Assembly (NCBI RefSeq): GCF_006345805.1 | Contig: NW_021836302.1 | Coordinates: forward strand, 3,743-67,742 | Source of the DNA: Octopus sinensis | Taxonomy: Eukaryota | Length of the DNA: 64,000 nucleotides | Direction of reading: 5' to 3' | In this document: piece by piece, positions 43,414-57,614 of the stretch | Layout of the letters: each line of letters begins with the position of its first letter | Numbering within the stretch: position 1 is the first letter of the stretch | The notes under the pieces: model-generated | Databases searched by the model: none | The model's input: only the letters and a program-made list of their open reading frames with translations | What the model was told of the DNA's origin: nothing | Made by a program: the position numbers and the translations under genes

Positions 43414-43431
43414 TATATATATACATACATT

Positions 43432-43464
<33 letters not shown>

Positions 43465-45289
43465 TATATATACATATACACATATATGTATATATGCATA
43501 TATGTCTGTATGTGTGTGTGTGTGTCCGTATAAACGTGTGTGTGTGTGTACGAAAAGAAAAATAAACGAATTAGCATGAGCGAAAGAGGGTAATGCTTAT
43601 AACTATGCCGTAACTGTCAGTCTTTCACCATTTTTCTCTTCGATGCTACCCGTTTTCCACAGGAGGGATGGAGAGTTGGACCCGGAATCTTTTTTCTATG
43701 CATTATCCCAGGATGATTATGAATTTAAATAAAAATAATGGAAAAAAAAAAATCGTTGAGAAATGGTGACATTGTTTCAAGACAAACATGAACACTTAGA
43801 CATGCAATTGTACTTGTTAATCCCACGCTAATCTCTTATTAAGCGGATTTATAGCGAGATGCTTTGCAAACGTGACCATCCCCATTCTTTTATTTTCCAG
43901 CTGTGTGCTATTCAGTTCCAGATTATCTAATGTGTGTTACGCCCTTTGTTATATCGGTAGACTGTGACTTGAGGGAGATGTGATTGTTATTTCCAGCTGA
44001 TTGAAGCATCACATAGACGTATCTAAGCTGGCTGGCAATACCTATTTGTACGTTTATGTGGGCGAGAAAACAACTCTGGAAAGAAGCAACTCTTTTATTA
44101 TTTCAAAATGGTTATTGATCTAGACATTCGTCTCTTTAATCTCAGGCGTGAGCGCCAACTTACCTACTTCACCATACAGACACGTAGAATATACATACTT
44201 CACTAGAGAGACATGAATCACTCTTATGTATACATTCTTGAAAGTACGATTTTATTTTAGCATTTGATTATTTATTACGACTTTGTTTTTCACTTCGTTG
44301 CAAATTGTTCATAATTCTATTAAGAATATCATTTTCCCCAAGGTTCCTTGAGCTCTCAACCTGTCAAGAGCTGATCCTACATCATATTTTCATAACTGAA
44401 GTGTTTGAACTGGTACTATCAGGAGTCAAATCTCGTTACGTTTTTTTTCTTGTATATGTCGTTTCATTATTTAAAATTTTAACATTATGTTTATTGACAA
44501 AGGCTTGAAAAAGTAAATATTACATACGTGTTTCAAATTGTTAATGTTCCCATAACTTTATTGTTACACATTAAAAACAACCAATGGGCGCAGCCGGTTT
44601 GTTTAAGAATTTCGTTTCAGATCTGCTTGGATTCGGACAGATTCCACTGTGTGGGATCTTGGGCAAGTGTCTTCTACCGCAGCTTCGGGTTAACCAATGT
44701 CTTGGGAGCAGAATTTGGTTGACAAGAGCTGTGCTGATATCTATCACATATGAGCACGCTTTCGCTTTTCATTATTTGAATTGTGACACTGAGGTATTTC
44801 ACCGACATCCTTGTCCCTTTTCTGCCTCATTTAGACCTCAAGTATATCATCATTGATACAGTTTGCCTAAGGTGTAATGCAGGGGCAGTACTAATTTCAG
44901 ATTTCTGTTCCTGCCATGCTGCATCCAGGTTAACTTCATTCTTTCGCACCAGAATTTTACCCCGAACGAATCCCCATCCTCTTAGGAAGAGAAGGTGTGT
45001 ATTGCTGATCGGTTTTGACTGAATATTTTGTTAAAACAGATTTTTGTTCAGGTGTCCTCTTCTCTTGCCGGAATTTTTCAATGTAAGTTCTTAACTTCTG
45101 TTTTAGGGCGATTCATTTATACCCAAGAGTAGCTTTGTTGATCTCTTCAAGCATGGAATCTATTTTATCATTCAATTTCTTTAAGAGGCGAATGTTGTTA
45201 CTTGTTCTGTTTGTACGTAATAAGCATCGCAACATAATTGATAATGTTCTGTAGAACAGAAATCTTCTTTTCCATTTTCTAAATATTAT

Positions 45290-45686
45290 TTCATTTGTTT
45301 CAGTCATTTGACTGCGCCATGCGGAACACCGCCTTTAGTCGAGCAAATCGACCCAGGACTTATTCTATCGGCTCTTTTGCCGAACCGCTAAGTTACCGTG
45401 ATGTAAATACACCAGCATCGGTTGTCAAGCGATGGTGGAGGGACAAACTTAGACGCACAAACACACACTCACACACACACACACACACACACACCACACA
45501 CACACACACACACACACGCACACGACAGGCTTCTTTCAGTTTCCATCTACCAAATCCACTCACAAGGCTTTGGTCGGCTCTAGGATATAGTAGAAAACAC
45601 TTGGCCAAGATAACACGCAGTGGGACTGAACCCGGAACCGTGTAATTGGTAAGCAAGCTACTTACCACGCAGGTACTCCTGCGCCT
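45290..45686 (-). mobile_element. tRNA-derived SINE, family C
   Basis: Head ggcgcaggagtacctgcgtggtaag..ccgggttcagtcccactgc; further copies 44585-44720, 47730-48112, 52600-52790. Confidence 0.88.
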
Positions 45687-46593
45687 ACGTAACATTTTTA
45701 TTACTTTTTCTCATCTGATGATGAATAAGCTGTCCGTTATTTGAAACCGTTTTATATCTTTAGTAAATATCTCATGATCACGAACGTTTTGCCTCTTAAC
45801 TTGAGCAGTTCACATGAGCGGGTCAACAAAAACTGAATTAGGCTTCGTCTACAAAATGATTCAATCTACCGCCTCTTGTCAAGCACAACCACCTTGAGAT
45901 AGCAGCGACCGTAAAAACGTAGATTGAAATTGATAGCGTGAAAAGAGTATTATAAGAAATGTGGTCTGTTGGGACATGTGATGTCATCAATGTAGTTATA
46001 GGAATATCACTTTTAGAAAAATATTCCAATAATGTTATTTACGTAGTGTGGACACTTTTGGGAATAAAAGCGTCCACACATTCATTGCTTTTAGGTATAA
46101 TAAAATTATTCTCATCAATCCATGTCTTCTGCTCCACAAGGGCTGCTTGTCGGCGTAATTGTTTAACCGCGACATAATTCAATTTTGGAAAAGTTCGTCG
46201 CAGTGTAGTTCTCATTCCAATCTTACAGACAAGGGAGAGATCAATGTTTGCCATTCTATATAAATTAAATGTTATTATTGATTGTATAACTCCGAGAACA
46301 ATGCACTTCATAATTTCGGTGTCTTCTCAAGCCAAAACTAAAACAAATGCTGTTTGTCTTTCTCGTTTCTGCACCACTATCGTTAATGGTGTTCAGGCAC
46401 GTTAAAACCAAGCTTGAGACGAATATCATTACGGATTTGAATAAAAAAAAGTTAATTCTCCACTGAATCTACTCATCAGAATAACCAGTTGTTTAGCAAG
46501 ACTGATAGTTATGGAATTAATGTTGGACATGAGATTCATCCCAAATTCAATGGAGAATCTCGCATACTAAGTAGACAACTGCCCACACCGGAG

Positions 46594-46664
<71 letters not shown>

Positions 46665-46665
46665 G

Positions 46666-46719
<54 letters not shown>

Positions 46720-46875
46720 GTATGTATGTATGTATGTATGTATGTATGTATGTATGTATGTATGTATGTATGTATGTATGTATCTATCTATCTATCTATC
46801 TATCTATCAATCTGTTTGCCTCTCTGTCTGTCCGCTCGTCCGTCCACCTGCCTGTCTGCCTGCCTGCCCGCCTGC

Positions 46876-46938
<63 letters not shown>

Positions 46939-46947
46939 ACTACCTAC

Positions 46948-47013
<66 letters not shown>

Positions 47014-47700
47014 GTCTATCTGTTTCCCTGTCTGTCTGTCCGTCCGTCTGCCTGCCTGTCTGTCTACTTACCTTTATATTCATGTATTTCTTTGAGATCC
47101 AAGTCCTTTCCAGAATCCAAGTCGCTGAACGACGAAGTGACAACGAGTTTTTCATTTCAGTCGAAGCTGTTACCCTTCACTTTTGAATATTGTGAATATC
47201 TGAGCGAAGTTAATAATCTTTTTAACTTGTTTCACTCATTCAACCCATGTTTGGGTGGGGAGCACCTTCTTGAAGACGTTGAATCTACTGTGCTACTTGT
47301 TTTTAAGCCTGGTCATCTATTCTATCGCCTCCTTTTGCCAAAACGCTATGTTACGGCGTCGTAAACACACCAACACCGGTCACCGATTGTCATGTGGTGA
47401 CACAAACTCACCCGCACATAAACCGCGATAGGTGAACTGCGATATGACGAGGGATTACTGTATTATGGAAGTCTTGTACTGTTTTGACGCTGACTGATGT
47501 GCGCAAAACTTTATTTTCTTGTTAAGAATCAACGAAAAATCTGAACCTATGTAACAGAAGTTAGCTTCATATTCTAAAACTTTGCTTGTTTGGAATCACC
47601 TTTAAATATTAATATCTTACAAAGATTGTGCCATTTTGGAGTGGATATAATTGAGTGAAACTGGACCCCAGTTCATATATATTAAGGACCCTGATCATTT

Positions 47701-48976
47701 CAGGGTGTTCAGGCTAAATTTGGGATTTTTTTCTTTTATTTCTTTCAGTCATTTTGATTGCGGCCATACTGGAGCATTGCTTTTAGTCGAACAAATCAAC
47801 TCCAGGACTTATTCTTTGTAGGCCTAGTACTTATTCTATCGATCCCTTTTGTCGAACCGCTAAGATACGGGGACGTAAATACACCAAAATCGGTTGTCAA
47901 GCGATGGTGCGGAGAAACAAAAACAGACAAACACACACATACACATATACGACAGGCTTCTTTCAGTTTCTAGCTGCCAAATCCACTCACAAGGCTTTGG
48001 TCGGCCCGAGGCTATAGTAGAAGACACTTGTCCAAGGTGCCACACAGTGGGACTGAACATGGAACCATGTGGTTGCTAAGCAAGCTTCTTACCACAGAGC
48101 CATGCCTGCGCCTATTTGCATGAAAGGGAAGAAAAGCACAGTGTCCCATCTAAAAAGTATTCTGAAAAAAAAATCAACTAGATTATGATTGGGTGATAAC
48201 CGTATACTCAAAGTATCCACTCTTACCTGCGGCAAGACCTCATGACGGTTCCGGAACTTGGCGCATGCGCTCCTTACTGCTTCTCTGGGAAGGTCTTCGA
48301 ACTCCTCATTGATCTTGGCCACCAGCTCGGCCTTGGGGTTGAAGGTTGAGGTGTTGGTGTCCTCAACACTGCCCCAAACATAGTAACCCATGGGATTACA
48401 ATCGTGGGAATTAGAAGGCTAGAAATTTGCGTTAGTGAAGTCGTAGAAATTCTCTGACAACTACTTCTGACTTTTCCCAGAGGCATGACAAGGAGCGAAA
48501 TCCTGCTGCTACACATATAGACTTCCAGCAGCAATCCTCTCCAAGGGATTGACCACAATCTCCGGCAGCTTCATATAATCGTCTAAATTGAGACTAAGGT
48601 CCTGTTCATCAGTTGTTGGGTAAATTCCAGTGTGTGTGCAGACGCATTCACAACGCCTGTCGTGTCCTTTCTGCTCGCCACGCTTAGCAGTTTCCATTGC
48701 AGCTGTCCATCCCACGTCATACAGCCTTAAAGTGTTCACAGAGCATTGTGCAATTGTCATTTTGTCGGCATTTGGATACCCGGCGGGAATCCTCATGATA
48801 CAGACAACTCTTTTCCAGTATTCCGATAGTTTCTAGTCGTCCATGTTAGTTAACTGTTTCTCAAATACAACTTTAAATCGCTATGCTCTTCAACGCTGTT
48901 CACTGCTCTCAATACATTAAGCACTTACTGAAAAACAGAAGACATAAAAATCGTCAAATTTAGCCCGAACACCCTG
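47701..48976 (-). mobile_element. Decayed mariner/maT-like DNA transposon with a nested SINE (47730-48112)
   Basis: TIRs cagggtgttcaggctaaatttg / caaatttagcccgaacaccctg; NSHDCNPMGYYVWG motif. Confidence 0.88.
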
Positions 48977-50243
48977 TAGCGTATTGATTTGTAAGATTCG
49001 CAGGGCCGACTGCTTGGTTTCCATGGCGTGTAAGTGACCATGATCACAACATGCCCGTTAAATGGGTCTTCAGTCTGTCACGGAGTTACTCATTTACAAC
49101 GTGAAATGAAGTGTTTTTCACAAGAACACAGCGCATCGGCCGGTCCGGCGATGGAAATCCCCGTTTTGCGATCGTGAGTGCAACCATCTAACTACTAAGT
49201 ATATATATATATATATACACACCTAAAATGTATTGTATCGCAGCCGTAAACTATATCAATCAAAAATCGACATCAGTAGAATGAAAACTCATGTCGTAGA
49301 TGGACTGAACTAAATACAACAAAACGTCATTCAGCGTCATGACATTTTGAGCTTCTGTGCAGTTTCCAGCCACTGCGCCGTCTTTGCTTCTACGCTATCT
49401 TTTCCCATCTTTTCTTGCATAAAACTTAGACATATTCTCAATGTCTAATTGCAATAGGTTAATTATAAAATTTATACTCCCGTTAAAATACGTTTTACTT
49501 TCTGAGATGTAGCATATCAGAAAATAAGACTTCGAAGCAATTAAAATGTCGCTCGCAAATCGAGCAGAGAAGGAAAAAAAAATGTTATCTCCTAACAAAA
49601 CTATTATGTTTAAATCTGAATGAAACAGTAGCAAACGGGCTACAAAAACGGATATTGATTTTCTTTTGGGTAACTTTTTCGAAATCGGGTATTTATCTGG
49701 TCGACATTCCATTAAAGAGTTTTAAAAAACAGAGATATAAAAAATAAACAATTTTATATTGCTTCTGTAAACAAATACTTCTAATATTCATCGATTGTAG
49801 ATAGTAAAGTCATGCAAGGCAGCCATTTTCCTTGAAGTCATCCTAGGATATCATCCCATGCGCAATGGCAACGACCGTATCAGTTACAGTGAAACGATAC
49901 GAGTTCTACAGAATATATATATTCTTGTAAACAATAGTAATGTGAGCTTGCATTGATCTATTACAAGGCAAACATATGAAATAATAATTTAAAATATGTG
50001 TTGCTTCTTTGACACGTGTATGTATAATGACTCCGATATTGAAGCTAAACTTATATAATACTGCTTCAAATATATGGATACATATACTTGAACATACGTA
50101 TATATATATATATATCTATATATATAATATATATATATATTGGTAAAAACGGTAAGATAACAAAAGAAAGAAAGAGAACTCAATATTATGTAACTAGAGG
50201 AAATTTATCTATGAAATAATATGTTACATTTACTCAATAGTCA

Positions 50244-50306
50244 AGATAAAACTCTGAGTTTCAGATGCCGAAGTGGAAATCCACAACACCATCTCTTCGG
50301 TTATCT
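50244..50306 (-). ncRNA. Hammerhead ribozyme, CCGAAGA variant, in element 50138-50370
   Basis: agataa CCGAAGA gatggtg..cggcatct GAAA CTCAGAG TT ttatct; 6-bp stem I. Confidence 0.75.
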
Positions 50307-50862
50307 GGCCATTTGAAAAACACTATGAAAAAATACCGTTATATAAAGGGAAATTACTGTGTCATTAATATATATATACACACACCGTCCTACTGTACAG
50401 GTAATGTTGCTTTGGTGGCGGAAATGGGTTCAGGTACAACACAATCATTTGATCACCATCAACAAATCATGTGTACGTCTCTCAGCACGAAATTGCAGCA
50501 TCGTCTTTTTCGTTGCGTTACCGATACACACTATTTTATTAAAGCCGAAAAATGTCTTCACAAACTGTTACTCAAAATCCCACGCGAGCGTTCGTCAGAC
50601 AGTATTATCATAACAGTCTGACGAACGGATATGTGACACTAAGTAACAGCTGGTGAAGATTTTCTTCGGCTTTAATCAGTTTTTGACTATGCTTCTAGCA
50701 TTCGAGTACAATTTTTCCATCATATTTTCCACCTATGTGCTTCTCTCTATACATACATACAGAGTATGTATGTATAGTAAAGAGTAAAAGAGTAAAAGAG
50801 TAAGAAAGTATACATACATACATGATACATACATATATATATATGTATAATATATATATATG

Positions 50863-50901
<39 letters not shown>

Positions 50902-51505
50902 GTATAATAATATATATATATATATGTATAATATATATATATATGTATATATATATTATATATATATATATATATGTATGTATATATATATATGTATATA
51001 TATTATATGATAATATATATGTATGTATAATATATATTATATATATTGTATAATAATATATATGTATAATATATATAATATTATGTATATATATAGATAT
51101 GTATATATATATATGTATTATAATTATATGTATATATATGTATGTATATATATATATATATATGTATATATATAATATATATGTATATATATATATGTAG
51201 ACACAATATGGTCCATTATTCAATCGGATTTTGGTAATTTGTGCCTTTCGAAACACGTGTAGAATGAAATAAAAACGATTCTGGTTCAATCTGCGTTCAG
51301 CTCCATTTCTTCAATTCACCAATAATGTTTAATTTCAATATCCGCACCAACGCACGGTTGCAACGCCAGATGGTTGTACCTCCAACCGTGCTGTTTACTG
51401 CTGTGATTTTGCTACTAAGGTATCGGTTAAACTTTTGATTATCTACTACAAGATTATTCATCTTTCTATTTCACATAATATATTATATATATATATATAT
51501 ATATA

Positions 51506-51681
51506 TTGGCGCAGCATCATTGGCAAGTGTCCTTATACTATAGCCTCGGAACGACCAAAGATTTGGTAGACGGAAACTGAAAGAAGCTCGTCGTATATAT
51601 ATATATATATATATATATATCTATATATATATATATATATATAGTATATATATATGTATATATATATATTTCTATATATAT

Positions 51682-51718
<37 letters not shown>

Positions 51719-51800
51719 TGGCGCAGCATCATTGGCAAGTGTCTTATACTATAGCCTCGGAACGACAAAGATTTGTAGACGGAACTGAAAGAAGCTCGTC

Positions 51801-51847
<47 letters not shown>

Positions 51848-51872
51848 GTATATATATGTATATATATATATG

Positions 51873-51906
<34 letters not shown>

Positions 51907-52014
51907 TATATAGTATATATATATATATTGGCGCAGCATCATTGGCAAGTGACTTATACTATAGCCTCGGAACGACCAAAGATTTGGTAGACGGAAACTG
52001 AAAGAAGCTCGTCG
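51506..52014 (+). repeat. Tandem triplication of an ~87-bp SINE C fragment plus (TA)n spacer, period ~211 bp
   Basis: Copies at 51506-51593, 51718-51801, 51928-52014. Confidence 0.92.
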
Positions 52015-52022
52015 TATATATA

Positions 52023-52098
<76 letters not shown>

Positions 52099-52100
52099 GA

Positions 52101-52144
<44 letters not shown>

Positions 52145-52262
52145 TATATATATATATATATGCATATATATATAGTTGAAATTTATAAAAAAACAAAAGA
52201 CGAAGAGGTGTATGAACAACAAGAAGGTGTATAAGTTTGACGCTCGGGAAAATGAAAAAGTA

Positions 52263-52296
52263 ATTTACGTTTCGAGCCTAAGCTCTTCAACAGAAA
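52263..52296 (-). ncRNA. Minimal hammerhead variant (CTGTTGA) in element 52175-52360
   Basis: ttt CTGTTGA a GAGC ttag GCTC GAAACGTA aat; same family as 13880. Confidence 0.7.
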
Positions 52297-52367
52297 GGAA
52301 TAAGAGAAAATAAACAGAGACAGAATGAAATAAAATGTTGATTTCAGCAGTCCAGCATGATATATAT

Positions 52368-52399
<32 letters not shown>

Positions 52400-53179
52400 G
52401 ATATATATGTAAAACTTTTGAAAGCAGTGTTAGCCTTGTTCAGACTGTCATCGGTTATGACAATGGATGATTCAGTCGTTCAATCAACTGAATTACATGC
52501 TCATTGACTCAACATATAATTGGCTGCGTATTCCACAGAAACTTATGTACCGAATGCCGTTCAAAAGCAGTATCAACATGGCACATTGTCAGACGGAGTT
52601 GTGCCTTTCAATTAATGACGAAATCCATCCGACGGATATCTGAACGATTTTTATCGAGCCAATTTATTCCAAAGGCACTGACTGACGCAGGGCTATAGTA
52701 GAAGGCAGTAGGCCGAGACGCCGTGCAGTTGGACTGAACCCGAAACCACATGGTTAAAAGCGAGCATCTCAACAATAGACAATTGCTTGTATAAATGATA
52801 TACATTTCTAAAATAGCTAATTTTCATAATTTAATTTATGAATCCATTTTTTGTGGCGGATTTCGAAAGTTCTGTCAAAGTTCTAAAGAGATTTGTACAA
52901 CAACTTGAAACTATTACTTTTATTGATATTTCTGTTATTGTCGCATTACACTAGTTTTCAATGTTACTGTATATAGACAGCCACTTATGTGCATGATTCT
53001 GCTTGCATCTCCGCTGCTGAAGTTATCACGACATCCTAGATTTCCTGACTACCAGAAACAATGTGTTCAACACTCTCTGTCTCTCCCTATGTGTGCGTTT
53101 AAAAATATATACACACACATTTTTATATACATACATATATGTAAATGTTTATATATATGCCTGCGTATATATATGTCTG

Positions 53180-53795
53180 TATCCTTAAATCCTTAAAAAT
53201 GTTTTAGCCCGAAGGCCGCAGCCATGCTGGGGCACCACCGCTGAATGAGCTACACTAATTTGTGAATCCACCTCTGATACGTGGCACTTGACCAACAAGG
53301 GAGTTCGATGCTGCTGCCCGCATCCGCGTCTCCTGTCGTGAGGTAGGTTCATCTGGGACTCCCAACAAGAAGAGATCCAGTTTAGTTTTAAAGAAACCCA
53401 CATCCACACCATGTAAGTCTCTCAGGCATTTAGGGAGGATGTTAAAGAGCTGTGGTCCTCTGAAACCCAAGCTGTTGCAGTATCTGGACCTGTATTTTGA
53501 TGGTGATGTTGGAATCCTTGGCACCACGCAGCGGCGCCCCGTTCTGCAGTTGGGGTAACTTTGAATGCCAAAGTTTGGGACAAGACTCTCCAGGATTTTC
53601 CAGATGTATATCACCGCATATCTCTCCCGCCTCCGCTCTAGGGAGAAGAGGTTTAATACCTTCAGTCTTTCCCAGTAGCTGATATTTTGCATTGAGACGA
53701 TTTTCTTTGTGTAGCTTCTCTGAATTGCTTCGAGTTCTGCTGTTAGTTTTATATTGTGTGGTGACCACAGTTGGGAGCAGTAGTCCAAGCGGCTG
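53180..53795 (-). mobile_element. CR1/L2-type LINE 3' fragment
   Basis: [46 protein letters not shown]; 3' tandem tttaaggat. Confidence 0.9.
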
Positions 53796-53879
53796 AGGAC
53801 GAGGACGATATATATATATATGTATATATATATATGTATATATATATATGTATATATATGTATATATATATATATATAT

Positions 53880-53911
<32 letters not shown>

Positions 53912-53939
53912 ACACAACCCCACCATTTATTGATCTATA

Positions 53940-54015
<76 letters not shown>

Positions 54016-54261
54016 GTATATAATATGTATGTATAGATATGTATATGTATGTATATATAGTATGTATATATATATGTATGTATATATGTATGTATGTATA
54101 TATATATGTATATATATATGTATATATATTATATATATATATGTATATATGTATATATATATATATGTATATATATATGTGTATATATATGTATATATAT
54201 GTATATAAATATATGTGTATATATATGTATATAAATATATGTGTATATATATGTATATATA

Positions 54262-54309
<48 letters not shown>

Positions 54310-54970
54310 TATATATCGTTTATGTTTTCATGTAACCTTTTCACATTAGCTGTATATTGATTGCATTTACACCATTTTGAGATTGATTCATTTCATTCAT
54401 ATTGTGAGTTCTCTCTAAAACATATCCTAAAATGTAAAAATAATTCCAATATATCTGCGAAATATTTATAAATACAATTGCTTAATAGCTCATATCTCTA
54501 CGTATATGTTTCAAGTATATTTTTTCAACGTACTTTACAAAATTTCGAGCGATATTGCAATGCTATTTCCACACCAAATTAAAAAGTATTTTTGTTCAAC
54601 ATATTTCAGATATATACATAAAACATCTCTTGACTCTAGACTTCCTGACTGGCGAAAACAATACATGGAATTCACATCTATATAAAGCTATCTTTTGGAA
54701 TTACAAAACAGTACGCCTGCAGATAAGCAAGCAATCTACTTCACTGCATGACTTCAATATATTTACTCATCACATCACTCTTCATATTAGTTTTATATAT
54801 ATATATCGTGAAGTATATTTGTCACCTAAATGTGTCTGACACATGTGGGACGATGCTACTGTGGTTTATAGTCCCAGAAAGACATCTCCTCCAACTGGCT
54901 AACGGCACACTGTGCCCGATCAGTATTTGCGAAGGGAAATCATCGTTCCCATCTCTAGCCTGACGTGATA

Positions 54971-55016
54971 CACACGGACCTGGGTTTCTGGGTAGTAAAC
55001 CCGTCATCAGCGTGTG
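54971..55016 (-). ncRNA. Intact type I hammerhead ribozyme
   Basis: cacacg CTGATGA c gggt ttact accc a GAAA CCCAGG TC cgtgtg; 6-bp stem I, GUC triplet. Confidence 0.9.
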
Positions 55017-55030
55017 ACAATCACCGGCTA

Positions 55031-56855
55031 TTTTCTTTATTACAGACACAAGGCCTAAACACAGAGGGGACATACATGGACATGCGGGAACAAAAGAACA
55101 CATAAAAGAATGTAAAATGAATTAAATTACAATGAATATGAGACGATTTTCTTGGTCCCGCTCCGAGACGAAACCGTGATTTCTTTTTACATTTAAATCA
55201 ACGTTCTTACAGTCTTTTTTTTCTGTATAGTTCTTTTTAATTTTCTTTTTCTTTTAAACTTTTTAACAGTCTGTTTTCTTTTTTTTTTCTTTTATATAAA
55301 ACACAAATTGTACTCACTTGCTTTTAAATGTTCATAACGGGTTTCAAATCCTCCAATTCCACCCAACATGTATCGGGCCTACACTGCAGAGTTCACAAAA
55401 TCCTTATACATCACCACAGGCGGCAATTCGTCGTATTGAAACCGTTTCCTTGTAATTTCCATTCTGCTTCCAAATATTTCTTTTAATCTTGCTGCTCTTT
55501 CGTTCTCCAGTAGCACTGCTTTCATAATACAGTCCTCTCCATTGTCTGCTAATTTCACCCTTATTATGCCTTTCATTTTTGTTATACGCTTTTCCATCTC
55601 TACACTTTTCTCGTTTACGACTAACACTCGTTCATGTTTTCTTTTACGTGGCTTTCTCGGCTGTATTTCTTCACTCGCTACACCAGTAACAGATGTCTTC
55701 ATTTCTGTTTGTTGTTCGTTTCCTTGTTTCTTCTGTCTTTCCTTCTCCTTACTCGTTGAAGGCTCTGGCTCTTGAGTTCGATTCTCGGTTGCTCCCTCAT
55801 TTTTCTTTTCTCTTTTTTCTTCTCTTCCGCCTTTCTTTTCTTTTTCGGTGGAGATTCGCTATTTCCTTTCTTCTCTACCATTGTAGACTCTGTTTCCTTC
55901 TCCGATATCATATTCGCTTCTATCTGACTTCTTTCGTCTACCGCTTCTTGTTCTTGTTTCTGGGGACAGTTTATCTTCATGTGTCCCCTTACTCCGCATT
56001 TAAAGCATATTGGTGGTCTACCCTCCACCATGACTCTCAGTCTGGTCTCATTGGGTAGGACAATTTCTTCTGTCATTTTGTGGAGTCAGGCAAGCTGATA
56101 AGGACCATTACCTCTAGGCCATACCCTCCACCAATTGACCTCCGCTGTCTTGGACATTTTCAATATTTCCACCTTCTCCTCTGTGTTGTAGAGGGTGGCT
56201 GCCATAAGCCAGTCCTCATTAATTTCGGATGGCACTCTCCCTATTCTCACCCTGGCTGCCCGTCTGCCCGTCTGCCCGTCTTCCACAGTAAGTAGGTAAG
56301 AGTGCCCACTGCGCCGGTTTCAAGGCCACGGAAGAGTACTTTTTTTTACTTCGCTCTCATTAACGAAGCGTAACTCCACTGTGCCAAACTTTCTCCTCTG
56401 TTACAGAAAGTTGTCACTTCCATAACGTCCTTCAAACACCTCTCCATTTCCTCCACGGCTGCCATTTCCATTTTCTGTGTCGCCATGTTCAACGTTCGAC
56501 AGGTTATCATTTTTCTTTCGAAACCCTCTGCCACCTCTGGTGGGTATCAATCCCAAACATTCCTCCTCCCTCCTCAATAGGTTGTCAAACTTCTTATAAT
56601 CTACATTTTCACCTCCAGCTCCTGCACTTGCAGCGGCTCTGCAGTCAGGCTTTTGTCTGTTACCGCAGGACAACTGCCTGTCCGGGTCTGCTCACTTCCG
56701 CTATTCACTGCTTCACCCATAATGGGGAATCCAAACAAAACCTTCAACGACCACAATAAATTACAAATTTAACAATCACAATTTCAACAATTCAGCAATT
56801 CAGCCAAACAAGGCAACGAACCACATGGGAGCTGAATGAAAACACAACCACAAGA
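55031..56855 (-). mobile_element. ORF1-only (HAL1-like) L1/Tx1-type non-LTR retroelement, full length with 17-bp TSD
   Basis: Frameshifted ORF1 from ATG 56720 with knuckle CFKCGVRGHMKINC; no ORF2; ends aataaagaaa; TSD gtgacaatcacc(g/a)gcta at 55014-55030 and 56856-56872. Confidence 0.85.
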
Positions 56856-57183
56856 GTGACAATCACCAGCTAGCGTTGTGAAAGTAAGTCCAAACGCAAA
56901 ATACTATATGTTTTTTCCAGTGACAAACTGTCGCTGATCTTGAAACAGGAGAAATAAGCAATAATAAATCTCTGAGCGAGATGTAAACAGTAGCAGCACG
57001 ACATGGTGAACTATATTTGCCACCTAAATATGGCTGACCCATATGCGACGATGCTACTGTTGTTTATAGCACCAGGAAGACATCTCCTCCAGCCGGCTAT
57101 AAACTACAGTACCATCTTCTTCTATGGGTCAGCCACATTTAGGTGGCAAATATACTTAACGATGTCATGCTGTTACTGTTTAC

Positions 57184-57614
57184 GGATCTTTTCGGTTTGA
57201 ACGGCAGTTTTTTCTAGCGGTGTCATATGAAATTGTCACCCATAATTATGACCCTAGTATCGATCTATTGCATTTCAATCTGTTTTAGGGTTAGGGTTAG
57301 TAAGGGTTAGTTAGGGGTGGGGGAAAGGGTATCTTTTTTTCTTCACTAATGTAAATAAACCCAATCTGTTTCTTAACCGAGGGACATATTCATACGGCAC
57401 GGAATGTTTTCACCTTAATAAACGTCATTGATTGGTTGAAATTGCAGAAATTGAAGAAAAACAACAACAAATATCTTACAAACTATAGAATTTTTCCAAT
57501 AAAGCCAAGAGAAAGAGATGTTTTATAAACACATTCTACTAGTATGCGAAGTTTAAAAGTGTTTAGTTACGTGCAAATTATTAAAAAAAACTGCCGTTCA
57601 AACCGAAAAGATCC
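57184..57614. mobile_element. MITE with 30-bp TIRs and 8-bp TSD (Merlin-like by termini)
   Basis: ggatcttttcggtttgaacggcagtttttt and its exact complement; TSD ctgtttac at 57176-57183 and 57615-57622. Confidence 0.92.

Noticed and set aside
45711-45755. CTGATGA tgaataa..ttattt GAAACCGTT
   Set aside because: Stem II pairs but stems I and III are weak; not counted
45700-46500. Possible RT remnant (YIDD near 45985, minus strand)
   Set aside because: Single motif in a stop-ridden frame; family cannot be assigned
51506-52014. CRISPR-like repeat-spacer pattern
   Set aside because: Eukaryotic DNA; repeats are SINE fragments and spacers are (TA)n
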